Positions 11,227 through 24,375 of a DNA stretch of 64,000 nucleotides are shown here, piece by piece. The first letter of the stretch is position 1. Every line of letters begins with the position of its first letter. This DNA is from Nemertoderma westbladi. Its lineage: Eukaryota > Animalia > Xenacoelomorpha. Below the pieces are notes generated by a model that saw nothing but the letters and a program-made list of their open reading frames with translations, was not told the DNA's origin and ran no database searches. The position numbers and the translations under genes were made by a program. The stretch is from positions 1-64,000 of the forward strand of contig JAUCBJ010008070.1 of the NCBI GenBank assembly GCA_032718475.1, read 5' to 3'.

Positions 11227-14200
11227 AGAACCATCTATCCGACTCTGTATAACCTCCCATGGAGCACCCAGTCCCCGGAACCATCTATCCAACTCTGTAT
11301 GACTTCCCATGGACCTCCCGGTACAATATCCGGCGGGCCCTGGGAGGTCATTCAGAGGTGGGTAGTTGTCGCAGCAAATAATACCATTTACCCAATATTG
11401 TAGTTGTAGGCGGTGGTGTTTACTGAGTAATCAGGTTGGAGATGCAGCAACATCTCTTTCCATCTTATTTCACCTCCGCCGCCACAACACCTCCGCCGCC
11501 ACAACACCTCAACTGCCACCACACCTCAAACGCCACAACACCTCCACCGCCACAACACCCCGTCCCACCACCTTCTATATGACACCAGTAGACTAATATT
11601 TACTTGTGATCTCTATTACTGTATGACGTACTTAATTGTTCGGTATGATGTCATGTTCTGGAATTTCATTCATAACAATTATTTATGGATCGCTATTGAT
11701 AGATACCTTGCTGCGGCATGTTGTATGTGAACTTTCTCACTAAATGTAAAAAAAATGTTTTTTTAATAAGTGAAATATTCAGTGATACCTTCTCACTAAA
11801 TATGTATTATTTAGTTACACTTTCTCACTAAATATGTATTATTTAGTTACACTTTCTCACTAAATATGTATTATTTAGTTACACTTTCTCACTAAATATG
11901 TATTATTTAGTTACACTTTCTCACTAAATATGTATTATTTAGTTACACTTTCTCACTAAATATGAATTATTTAGTTACACTTTCTCACTAAATATGTATT
12001 ATTTAGATACACTTTCTGTAACTAATAAGTATTATTTAGATACACTTTCTCATTAAATATGTATTATTTAGATACACTTTCTCACTAAATATGTATTATT
12101 TAGTTACACTTTCTCATTAAATATGTATTATTTAGATACACTTTCTCATTAAATATGTATTATTTAGATACACTTTCTCACTAAATATGTATTATTTAGT
12201 TACACTTTCTCATTAAATATGTATTATTTAGATACACTTTCTCATTAAATATGTATTATTTAGATACACTTTCTCACTAAATATGTATTATTTAGTTACA
12301 CTTTCTCATTAAATATGTATTATTTAGTTACACTTTCTCATTAAATATGTATTATTTAGATACACTTTCTCACTAAATATGTATTATTTAGATACACTTT
12401 CTCACTAAATATGTATTATTTAGATACACTTTCTCACTAAATATGTATTATTTAGATACACTTTCTCACTAAATATGTATTAGAACCATATATCCGACTC
12501 TGTATAACCTCCCATGGAGCACCCAATCCCCGGAACCATCTACCCGACTCTTTATAACCTCCCATGGACCACGCGGTCCCTGGTACCATCTATCCGACTC
12601 GGTATAACCTCCCATAGACCACCCAGTCCCCGGAACCATCTACCCGACTCTGTTTAACCTCCCATGGACTACCCAGTCCCCGGAACGATCTATCCGACTC
12701 TGTGTAACCTCCCATGGGCCACCCGGTCCCTGGAACTGGAACCATCTACCCGACTCTGTATAACCACCCGGTCCCCGGAACCATCTATCCGACTCTGTAT
12801 AACCTCCCATGGACCACCTGGTCCCCGGAACCATCTATCTGATTCTGTATAACCTCCCATGGGCCACCCAATCCCCGAAACCATATATCCGACTCTGTAT
12901 AACCTCCCATGGGCCACCCGGTCCTTGGAACTGGAACCATCTATCCGACTCTGTATTACCCTCCCATGGACCACCCAGTCCCCAGAACCATCTATCCGAC
13001 TATGTATAATTGTATAACCTCCCATCGTGGCCTCCTGGTCCCCTGAACCATCTATCCGACTCTGTATAATCTTGCATGGTCCACCCTGTCGTCCGGAACC
13101 ATCTATCCGACTCTGTATGACTTCCCATGGGCCACCCGGTCCCCGGAACTGGAACCATCTATCCGACTCTGTATTACCCTCCCATGGACCACCCAGTCCC
13201 CGGAACCATCTATCCGACTATGTATAATTGTATAACCTCCCATTGTGGCCTCCTGGTCCCCTGAACCATCTATCCGACTCTGTATAATCTTGCTTGGTCC
13301 ACCCTGTCGTCCGGAACCATCTATCCGACTCTGTATGACTTCCCATGGGCCACCCGGTCCCCGGAACTGGAACCATCTATCCGACTCTGTATTACCCTCA
13401 CATGGACCACCCAATCCCCGAAACCATCTACCCGACTCTGTATAACCTCCCATGGGCCACCCGGTCCCTGGAACTGGAACCATCTATCCGACTCTGTATT
13501 ACCCTCCCATGGACCACCCAGTCCCCGGAACCATCTATCCGACTATGTTTAATTGTATAACCTCCCATTGTGGCCTCCTGGTCCCCTGAACCATTTATCC
13601 GACTCTGTATAATCTTGCATGGACCACCCGGTCGTCCGGAACCATCTATCCGACTCTGTATGACTTCCCATGGACCTTCCGGTACATTATCCGGCGGGCC
13701 CTGGGAGGTCATTCAGAGGTGGGTAGTTGTCGCAGCAAATAATACCATTTACCCAATATTGTAGTTGTAGGCGGTGGTGTTTACTGAGTAATCAGGTTGG
13801 AGATGCAGCAACATCTCTTTCCATCTTATTTCACCTCCGCCGCCACAACACCTCCACTGCCACCACACCTCAAACGCCACAACACCTCCACTGCCACCAC
13901 ACCTCAAACGCCACAACACCTCCACTGCCACCACACCTCAAACGCCACAACACCTCCACCACCACTATACCCCACCCATGCCACCACCTTCTATATGACA
14001 CCAGTAGACTATTATTTACTTGTGATCTCTATTACTGTATGACGTACTTAATTGTTCGGTATGATGTCATATTCTGGAATTTCATTCATAAAAATTATTT
14101 ATGTATCGCTATTGATAGATACCTTGCTGCGGCATGTTGTATGTGTACTTTCTCACTAAATGTAAAGAAAATGTTTTTTTATAAGTGAAATATTCAGTGA

Positions 14201-17200
14201 TACCTTCTCACTAAATATGTATTATTTAGTTACACTTTCTCACTAAATATGTATTATTTAGTTACACTTTCTCACTAAATATGTATTATTTAGTTACACT
14301 TTCTCACTAAATATGTATTATTTAGTTACACTTTCTCACTAAATATGTATTATTTAGTTACACTTTCTCACTAAATATGTATTATTTAGTTACACTTTCT
14401 CACTAAATATGTATTATTTAGTTACACTTTCTCACTAAATATGTATTATTTAGTTACACTTTCTCACTAAATATGTATTATTTAGATACACTTTCTCACT
14501 AAATATGCATTATTTAGTTACACTTTCTCACTAAATATGTATTATTTAGATACACTTTCTCACTAAATATGTATTATTTAGTTACACTTTCTCACTAAAT
14601 ATGTATTATTTAGTTACACTTTCTCACTAAATATGTATTATTTAGTTACACTTTCTCACTAAATATGTATTATTTAGTTACACTTTCTCACTAAATATGT
14701 ATTATTTAGTTACACTTTCTCACTAAATATGTATTATTTAGTTACACTTTCTCACTAAATATGTATTATTTAGTTACACTTTCTCACTAAATATGTATTA
14801 TTTAGTTACACTTTCTCACTAAGTATGTATTATTTAGTTACACTTTCTCACTAAATATGTATTATTTAGTTACACTTTCTCACTAAATATGTATTATTTA
14901 GTTACACTTTCTCACTAAATATGTATTATTTAGTTACACTTTCTCACTAAATATGTATTATTTAGTTACACTTTCTCACTAAATATGTATTATTTAGTTA
15001 CACTTTCTCACTAAATATGTATTATTTAGTTACACTTTCTCACTAAATATGTATTATTTAGATACACTTTCTCACTAAATATGTATTATTTAGTTACACT
15101 TTCTCACTAAATATGTATTATTTAGTTACACTTTCTCACTAAATATGTATTATTTAGATACACTTTCTCACTAAATATGTATTATTTAGTTACACTTTCT
15201 CACTAAATATGTATTATTTAGTTACACTTTCTCACTAAATATGTATTATTTAGATACACTTTCTCACTAAATATGTATTATTTAGTTACACTTTCTCACT
15301 AAATATGTATTATTTAGTTACACTTTCTCACTAAATATGTATTATTTAGTTACACTTTCTCACTAAATATGTATTATTTAGTTACACTTTCTCACTAAAT
15401 ATGTATTATTTAGTTACACTTTCTCACTAAATATGTATTATTTAGTTACACTTTCTCACTAAATATGTATTATTTAGTTACACTAAATATGTATTATTTA
15501 GTTACACTTTCTCACTAAATATGTATTATTTAGTTACACTTTCTCACTAAATATGTATTATTTAGTTACACTTTCTCACTAAATATGTATTATTTAGTTA
15601 CACTTTCTCACTAAATATGTATTATTTAGTTACACTTTCTCACTAAATATGTATTATTTAGATACACTTTCTCACTAAATATGTATTATTTAGTTACACT
15701 TTCTCACTAATTATGTATTATTTAGTTACACTTTCTCACTAAATATGTATTATTTAGTTACACTTTCCCACTAAATATGTATTATTTAGTTACACTTTCT
15801 CACTAAATATGCATTATTTAGTTACACTTTCTCACTAAATATGTATTATTTAGATACACTTTCTCACTAAATATGTATTATTTAGTTACACTTTCTCACT
15901 AAATATGTATTATTTAGTTACACTTTCTCACTAAATATGTATTATTTAGTTACACTTTCTCACTAAATATGTATTATTTAGTTACACTTTCTCACTAAAT
16001 ATGTATTATTTAGTTACACTTTCTCACTAAATATGTATTATTTAGTTACACTTTCTCACTAAATATGTATTATTTAGTTACACTTTCTCACTAAATATGT
16101 ATTATTTAGTTACACTTTCTCACTAAATATGTATTATTTAGTTACACTTTCTCACTAAATATGTATTATTTAGTTACACTTTCTCACTAAGTATGTATTA
16201 TTTAGTTACACTTTCTCACTAAATATGTATTATTTAGTTACACTTTCTCACTAAATATGTATTATTTAGTTACACTTTCTCACTAAATATGTATTATTTA
16301 GTTACACTTTCTCATTAAATATGTATTATTTAGATACACTTTCTCATTAAATATGTATTATTTAGATACACTTTCTCACTAAATATGTATTATTTAGTTA
16401 CACTTTCTCATTAAATATGTATTATTTAGTTACACTTTCTCATTAAATATGTATTATTTAGATACACTTTCTCACTAAATATGTATTATTTAGATACACT
16501 TTCTCACTAAATATGTATTATTTAGATACACTTTCTCACTAAATATGTATTATTTAGATACACTTTCTCACTAAATATGTATTAGAACCATATATCCGAC
16601 TCTGTATAACCTCCCATGGAGCACCCAATCCCCGGAACCATCTACCCGACTCTTTATAACCTCCCATGGACCACGCGGTCCCTGGTACCATCTATCCGAC
16701 TCGGTATAACCTCCCATAGACCACCCAGTCCCCGGAACCATCTACCCGACTCTGTTTAACCTCCCATGGACTACCCAGTCCCCGGAACGATCTATCCGAC
16801 TCTGTGTAACCTCCCATGGGCCACCCGGTCCCTGGAACTGGAACCATCTACCCGACTCTGTATAACCACCCGGTCCCCGGAACCATCTATCCGACTCTGT
16901 ATAACCTCCCATGGACCACCTGGTCCCCGGAACCATCTATCTGATTCTGTATAACCTCCCATGGGCCACCCAATCCCCGAAACCATATATCCGACTCTGT
17001 ATAACCTCCCATGGGCCACCCGGTCCTTGGAACTGGAACCATCTATCCGACTCTGTATTACCCTCCCATGGACCACCCAGTCCCCAGAACCATCTATCCG
17101 ACTATGTATAATTGTATAACCTCCCATCGTGGCCTCCTGGTCCCCTGAACCATCTATCCGACTCTGTATAATCTTGCATGGTCCACCCTGTCGTCCGGAA

Positions 17201-20200
17201 CCATCTATCCGACTCTGTATGACTTCCCATGGGCCACCCGGTCCCCGGAACTGGAACCATCTATCCGACTCTGTATTACCCTCCCATGGACCACCCAGTC
17301 CCCGGAACCATCTATCCGACTATGTATAATTGTATAACCTCCCATTGTGGCCTCCTGGTCCCCTGAACCATCTATCCGACTCTGTATAATCTTGCTTGGT
17401 CCACCCTGTCGTCCGGAACCATCTATCCGACTCTGTATGACTTCCCATGGGCCACCCGGTCCCCGGAACTGGAACCATCTATCCGACTCTGTATTACCCT
17501 CACATGGACCACCCAATCCCCGAAACCATCTACCCGACTCTGTATAACCTCCCATGGGCCACCCGGTCCCTGGAACTGGAACCATCTATCCGACTCTGTA
17601 TTACCCTCCCATGGACCACCCAGTCCCCGGAACCATCTATCCGACTATGTTTAATTGTATAACCTCCCATTGTGGCCTCCTGGTCCCCTGAACCATTTAT
17701 CCGACTCTGTATAATCTTGCATGGACCACCCGGTCGTCCGGAACCATCTATCCGACTCTGTATGACTTCCCATGGACCTTCCGGTACATTATCCGGCGGG
17801 CCCTGGGAGGTCATTCAGAGGTGGGTAGTTGTCGCAGCAAATAATACCATTTACCCAATATTGTAGTTGTAGGCGGTGGTGTTTACTGAGTAATCAGGTT
17901 GGAGATGCAGCAACATCTCTTTCCATCTTATTTCACCTCCGCCGCCACAACACCTCCACTGCCACCACACCTCAAACGCCACAACACCTCCACTGCCACC
18001 ACACCTCAAACGCCACAACACCTCCACCACCACTATACCCCACCCATGCCACCACCTTCTATATGACACCAGTAGACTATTATTTACTTGTGATCTCTAT
18101 TACTGTATGACGTACTTAATTGTTCGGTATGATGTCATATTCTGGAATTTCATTCATAAAAATTATTTATGTATCGCTATTGATAGATACCTTGCTGCGG
18201 CATGTTGTATGTGTACTTTCTCACTAAATGTAAAGAAAATGTTTTTTTATAAGTGAAATATTCAGTGATACCTTCTCACTAAATATGTATTATTTAGTTA
18301 CACTTTCTCACTAAATATGTATTATTTAGTTACACTTTCTCACTAAATATGTATTATTTAGTTACACTTTCTCACTAAATATGTATTATTTAGTTACACT
18401 TTCTCACTAAATATGTATTATTTAGTTACACTTTCTCACTAAATATGTATTATTTAGTTACACTTTCTCACTAAATATGTATTATTTAGTTACACTTTCT
18501 CACTAAATATGTATTATTTAGTTACACTTTCTCACTAAATATGTATTATTTAGATACACTTTCTCACTAAATATGCATTATTTAGTTACACTTTCTCACT
18601 AAATATGTATTATTTAGATACACTTTCTCACTAAATATGTATTATTTAGTTACACTTTCTCACTAAATATGTATTATTTAGTTACACTTTCTCACTAAAT
18701 ATGTATTATTTAGTTACACTTTCTCACTAAATATGTATTATTTAGTTACACTTTCTCACTAAATATGTATTATTTAGTTACACTTTCTCACTAAATATGT
18801 ATTATTTAGTTACACTTTCTCACTAAATATGTATTATTTAGTTACACTTTCTCACTAAATATGTATTATTTAGTTACACTTTCTCACTAAGTATGTATTA
18901 TTTAGTTACACTTTCTCACTAAATATGTATTATTTAGTTACACTTTCTCACTAAATATGTATTATTTAGTTACACTTTCTCACTAAATATGTATTATTTA
19001 GTTACACTTTCTCACTAAATATGTATTATTTAGTTACACTTTCTCACTAAATATGTATTATTTAGTTACACTTTCTCACTAAATATGTATTATTTAGTTA
19101 CACTTTCTCACTAAATATGTATTATTTAGATACACTTTCTCACTAAATATGTATTATTTAGTTACACTTTCTCACTAAATATGTATTATTTAGTTACACT
19201 TTCTCACTAAATATGTATTATTTAGATACACTTTCTCACTAAATATGTATTATTTAGTTACACTTTCTCACTAAATATGTATTATTTAGTTACACTTTCT
19301 CACTAAATATGTATTATTTAGATACACTTTCTCACTAAATATGTATTATTTAGTTACACTTTCTCACTAAATATGTATTATTTAGTTACACTTTCTCACT
19401 AAATATGTATTATTTAGTTACACTTTCTCACTAAATATGTATTATTTAGTTACACTTTCTCACTAAATATGTATTATTTAGTTACACTTTCTCACTAAAT
19501 ATGTATTATTTAGTTACACTTTCTCACTAAATATGTATTATTTAGTTACACTAAATATGTATTATTTAGTTACACTTTCTCACTAAATATGTATTATTTA
19601 GTTACACTTTCTCACTAAATATGTATTATTTAGTTACACTTTCTCACTAAATATGTATTATTTAGTTACACTTTCTCACTAAATATGTATTATTTAGTTA
19701 CACTTTCTCACTAAATATGTATTATTTAGATACACTTTCTCACTAAATATGTATTATTTAGTTACACTTTCTCACTAATTATGTATTATTTAGTTACACT
19801 TTCTCACTAAATATGTATTATTTAGTTACACTTTCCCACTAAATATGTATTATTTAGTTACACTTTCTCACTAAATATGCATTATTTAGTTACACTTTCT
19901 CACTAAATATGTATTATTTAGATACACTTTCTCACTAAATATGTATTATTTAGTTACACTTTCTCACTAAATATGTATTATTTAGTTACACTTTCTCACT
20001 AAATATGTATTATTTAGTTACACTTTCTCACTAAATATGTATTATTTAGTTACACTTTCTCACTAAATATGTATTATTTAGTTACACTTTCTCACTAAAT
20101 ATGTATTATTTAGTTACACTTTCTCACTAAATATGTATTATTTAGTTACACTTTCTCACTAAATATGTATTATTTAGTTACACTTTCTCACTAAATATGT

Positions 20201-20677
20201 ATTATTTAGTTACACTTTCTCACTAAGTATGTATTATTTAGTTACACTTTCTCACTAAATATGTATTATTTAGTTACACTTTCTCACTAAATATGTATTA
20301 TTTAGTTACACTTTCTCACTAAATATGTATTATTTAGTTACACTTTCTCACTAAATATGTATTATTTAGTTACACTTTCTCACTAAATATGTATTATTTA
20401 GTTACACTTTCTCACTAAATATGTATTATTTAGTTACACTTTCTCACTAAATATGTATTATTTAGATACACTTTCTCACTAAATATGTATTATTTAGTTA
20501 CACTTTCTCACTAAATATGTATTATTTAGTTACACTTTCTCACTAAATATGTATTATTTAGTTACACTTTCTCACTAAATATGTATTATTTAGTTACACT
20601 TTCTCACTAAATATGTATTATTTAGTTACACTTTCTCACTAAATATGTATTATTTACTTTCTCATTATTTATTTCAG

Positions 20678-20810
20678 GTCAAACTTCCTTTATGGGATGT
20701 ACTTGGAGAAAAGTCAACTTGCTTTTTCTGATCCCACAAACGACGGAAAGTGTTTCGCTTCTTTCTATTCATCTACTAACGAATTCCTGGTCTACAAATA
20801 TTTCTTGTGA
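20678..20810 (+). CDS. ESCO2: ESCO1/ESCO2 acetyltransferase, last coding exon
   Basis: Acceptor ATTTCAG; phase matches the previous exon (AG|G = Arg). Translates SNFLYGMYLEKSQLAFSDPTNDGKCFASFYSSTNEFLVYKYFL*, the ESCO C-terminal AFSDPT.DGK.FA....FLVY signature. Confidence 0.95.
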
Positions 20811-23202
20811 CCAATGGATCCTGTATAGTATAACCAGTTACTATGGTTACTATAACCTATAAATGCCGTTATTGATTCTGGACCCGGTAAAATAAATTGT
20901 GGCAATTATAACTTTTATATATAACTTTAATTATTACGAACCATTTTATCGCTCTCAGTTTCTCATTACTATCATTGTTTACATTTTTATTTTCATATAT
21001 ACAATTTAATGTATTTATGTCAATTCTGTGTTTAATAGATCGCAGTTAATTGGTCTTAATTGTGTCAATATTTATAAATATTTAATTTATTGATATTATT
21101 GTAGTTATTATATGGGGTTAAATTACAATATACTGTTAATACATATAACCAAACCAATTTTTTGTTTTTTATCCGATTGGCGGTAATAGATATACAGGGG
21201 ACATTCCTTGTGGAATTAACTTGACAGGAATTTGAAATACGTCTAGATATTTTATGTTAAAATTACAAGCATTTCCTCTAACCTCGATAAGGATATTGAA
21301 AAATAGCTTGTAAAATGATCATTGACTTCTGTCCAACATTCTGTAGCAACACCAAAGACAGTCAGAACATGTTAGGGACCTTTGTGCAACAGAACTATAA
21401 GTTAAAGCCAGCAGCTACCGTCATACCAGGGGCTTCTGGCCGTGTGTGTGTACTGTGAGTCGCAATCCATTATTATTGGCTTCCGAAACACAAACAGGAA
21501 ACCTGAAGTACGTTGATTTCCATATTTTACAAAACTTTCCCACCTTTTTCGGTTGGGTATTGATATTCCCATTTTCAGATTTTTTCCAAATTTATTATAT
21601 ACTTTTTTGGGGGCGTAACGCAACATATAGGGTAGACCACAACTATACTACAACCATTTGGAATGGATGTAATAGAGCAATGGAGAATACACAATACATT
21701 CTAGAACTTTATTGTTTCTAAGTGATTGCTTGCCTTGCAGCGTTCCGACCTATATGCCGCAACGCTGCGAAGTTGTACTTTGTAGCGTTACGAAGATTTC
21801 ATCAGAACTCTGATAAGTAATAAAGTTGACCCGCAATTGGAAAGAATGACCTCCAGCGCAATGTGGTCGCAAATGAAATAAAGTATTGTTTATTGTTTTG
21901 TTTCGAAAACACCGCCATACTAACCTGTTCCTTTCCCTTGCTACTACTACTACTAGGACGAGCGAACTCGGTTAGTGGAAATGAGATCCTTCCAGGCTTC
22001 CCGATTCTCCATAGTTGTCGCAATTTCGTTTCTCCCAAGTTCAGTATCCCTTTCAAGTTGATCTATATATGTTATAGCCGGTCGTCCACGACTACGTTTT
22101 CCATGAGTTGGTTGACAGAAAAGTAGATCTGGTATGACCTCGTCTTTACTTCGCCAGCAGTGCCCACTGAATCTTAATCTGCGTTCACGGAGGGTGGTTG
22201 ATACAGGTGGTATAGTACCATAGAGCTCGGCGTTTGTCATGTGTTGTCTCCAGCTGATGTTTAGGGCTGCCCTTAGTAGTCTTGTGTAGCAACCATCAAT
22301 TGGTTGTTCAAGTGATTTAGTCAGTGTCTAGGTCTCACCTCCGTATAAAAATACACTTTCCACTGTGGCTCGAAACAACTTAGTCTTCAGGTGCCTGGAG
22401 AGATCTGATTTCCAGATGGTATTCATTTTTGATAGAGCTAGCCAAGCCTTTGCTTTCCTAAATGTCCTTTTTGCTACTCTCTATCCATGATCAAAGTTTA
22501 TTATTATCAATGGTTGTCAAGTTTCCATCAACATTAAAGGTCATGAATTCGGTCTTGGTAGCATTTATATGCAATCCAACCTCCTTAGGAGCCCTCTCCA
22601 CTTTATTTAGTAGAAGCTGTGCATCTGCTAGCGTATTAGAGAGCAGGGCGATGTAATCCGCAAAGTCGGTGTCTGTGACTGTAGTTGCCGGATATCTACT
22701 ACTTCTGCGCTCTTGAAGTGTGAATCCCAGATCTTCACCCTTTGTGGCCGTCCTCATTGCGTAATCCAGCACAATTACAAATAGTAATGGTGCTAATGTG
22801 TCACCTTGCAGTAGTACGCCAGCCAGGATTGAGAAAAACTCAGATTCACCATCTGGTGAGAGTACCTGCGCTTCTGTGTCACAATATAGCAAACCAATGC
22901 CAGCAACAATTACTTCTGGTATTCCATATGCTCTTAGGATTTCAAGCATTTACCTCTATGGATGGAGTCGAATGCCTTCTTGAAGTCCACAAAAGTCATG
23001 ACTGCGGGAAGATTCTTTGACTTAATTCCTTCAATCAGTCTCCGTAGTGCAAGAAAAAATAAAAAAAAAAAGTTATTTTCGGTAAAATAAACTTATCCTT
23101 CGAGGTTAATACAGCTTGCCAACACATTGTTACTATCAATAATCAAAAATCAGGGGCTAATAAAATGGCAGCTGTCTTTGAAATTAATACTCCATATCTC
23201 AA

Positions 23203-23263
23203 GAACCTGTGGCCTCGTGGTTGTAGTCTCGGCTTCCGCCTCGAGGTCCCAGGTTCGAATCCG
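23203..23263 (+). promoter_or_regulatory. tRNA-like Pol III internal promoter (A and B boxes), repeated at +419 and +836
   Basis: A-box-like TGGCCTCGTGG at 23210-23220 and perfect B box GGTTCGAATCC at 23252-23262 with tRNA spacing. Anticodon-like arm CTCGG-CTTCCGC-CTCGAG. The 3' acceptor strand is absent. Confidence 0.75.
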
Positions 23264-23265
23264 AC

Positions 23266-23308
23266 ACCACGCTGATGAGACCCAGTAAGGTCGAAACGCG
23301 TACGTGGT
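23266..23308 (+). ncRNA. Minimal type I hammerhead ribozyme, copy 1
   Basis: Stem I ACCACG/CGTGGT, core CTGATGA, stem II GACC-CAGTAA-GGTC, GAAA, palindromic mini stem III ACGCGT. Cleavage triplet GUA predicts a cut after 23302. Confidence 0.93.
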
Positions 23309-23684
23309 TTGGAGAGATATGAGATATTAATTTCAAGAAAAATTACGCGATTCCTAAATTTGTACACTACCCGGTTAAAAAGTACGCATGTGATGGGATT
23401 AGTCCTACAATTGCGCCAATAAAAAAAAAAAGATAAGTTATTTTCGGTAAAATAAACTTATCCTTCGAGGTTAAGACCCCTAGATCCCTTCTTATAATAA
23501 AATGTATAATAACAAACACCTCGAAAAATACAGCTTGCCAACACATTGTTACTATCAATAATCAAAAATCAGGGGCTAATAAAATGGCAGCTGTCTTTAA
23601 AATTAATACTCCATATCTCAAGAACCTGTGGCCTCGTGGTTGTAGTCTCGGCTTCCGCCTCGAGGTCCCAGGTTCGAATCCGAC

Positions 23685-23727
23685 ACCACGCTGATGAGAC
23701 CCAGTAAGGTCGAAACGCGTACGTGGT
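23685..23727 (+). ncRNA. Minimal type I hammerhead ribozyme, copy 2
   Basis: Identical to copy 1. Confidence 0.93.
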
Positions 23728-24101
23728 TTGGAGAGATATGAGATATTAATTTCAAGAAAAATTACGCGATTCCTAAATTTGTACACTACCCGGTTAAAAA
23801 GTACGCATGTGATGGGATTAGTCCTACAATTGCGCCAATAAAAAAAAAGATAAGTTATTTTCGGTAAAATAAACTTATCCTTCGAGGTTAAGACCCCTAG
23901 ATCCCTTCTTATAATAAAATGTATAATAACAAACACCTCGAAAAATACAGCTTGCCAACACATTGTTACTATCAATAATCAAAAATCAGGGGCTAATAAA
24001 ATGGCAGCTGTCTTTGAAATTAATACTCCATATCTCAAGAACCTGTGGCCTCGTGGTTGTAGTCTCGGCTTCCGCCTCGAGGTCCCAGGTTCGAATCCGA
24101 C

Positions 24102-24144
24102 ACCACGCTGATGAGACCCAGTAAGGTCGAAACGCGTACGTGGT
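24102..24144 (+). ncRNA. Minimal type I hammerhead ribozyme, copy 3
   Basis: Identical to copy 1. Confidence 0.93.
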
Positions 24145-24375
24145 TTGGAGAGATATGAGATATTAATTTCAAGAAAAATTACGCGATTACTAAATTTGTA
24201 CACTACCCGGTTAAAAAGTACGCATGTGATGGGATTAGTCCTACAATTGCGCCAATAAAAAAAAAAAGATAAGTTATTTTCGGTAAAATAAACTTATCCT
24301 TCGAGGTTAAGACCCCTAGATCCCTTCTTATAATAAAATGTATAGTGCAAGTATCTGAGCTATTGTTGATCTATT

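Larger units (their letters stand above)
5320..20665. repeat. Composite macrosatellite: four units of [50-bp array]-[~460-520-bp core]-[32-bp array] filling the last ESCO intron
   Basis: The junction TATGTATTAG|AACCAT recurs at ~5400, ~11228, ~12484 and ~16586. The core starts at ~8458, ~11316, ~13678 and ~17780. Units 3 and 4 are offset by 4102 bp. Confidence 0.95.
23054..24342 (+). mobile_element. Tandem trimer of a 417-419-bp tRNA-headed hammerhead element (retrozyme/SINE-like)
   Basis: Three near-identical units plus a partial leading unit. TSD TAGTGCAAG at 23045-23053 and 24343-24351; removing the insert restores the RTE RT frame. Confidence 0.9.

Noticed and set aside
6237-18110. Many 60-150-aa ORFs in the 50-bp arrays and cores
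   Set aside because: They are translations of tandem repeats inside the ESCO intron with no domain signal.
5399-20665. CRISPR-like appearance of regular 28-51-bp repeats here and elsewhere
   Set aside because: Units are head-to-tail with no unique spacers, there are no cas genes, and the context is a spliced eukaryotic gene.
20836-20858. X-box-like GTTACTATGGTTAC just after the ESCO stop
   Set aside because: Imperfect match in a 3' UTR, explainable as a short local duplication.
21330-21900. Short ORFs downstream of ESCO as another gene
   Set aside because: No recognisable motif or consistent exon structure by eye.
23203-23275. Functional tRNA gene (possible TCC anticodon)
   Set aside because: The T-stem 3' strand and acceptor stem do not pair and the sequence runs into the hammerhead, so it is a SINE-like head only.
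23143-24203. Minus-strand ORFs in the 418-bp repeat
   Set aside because: Frames change with A-run length between copies; they are the antisense of a structured RNA.
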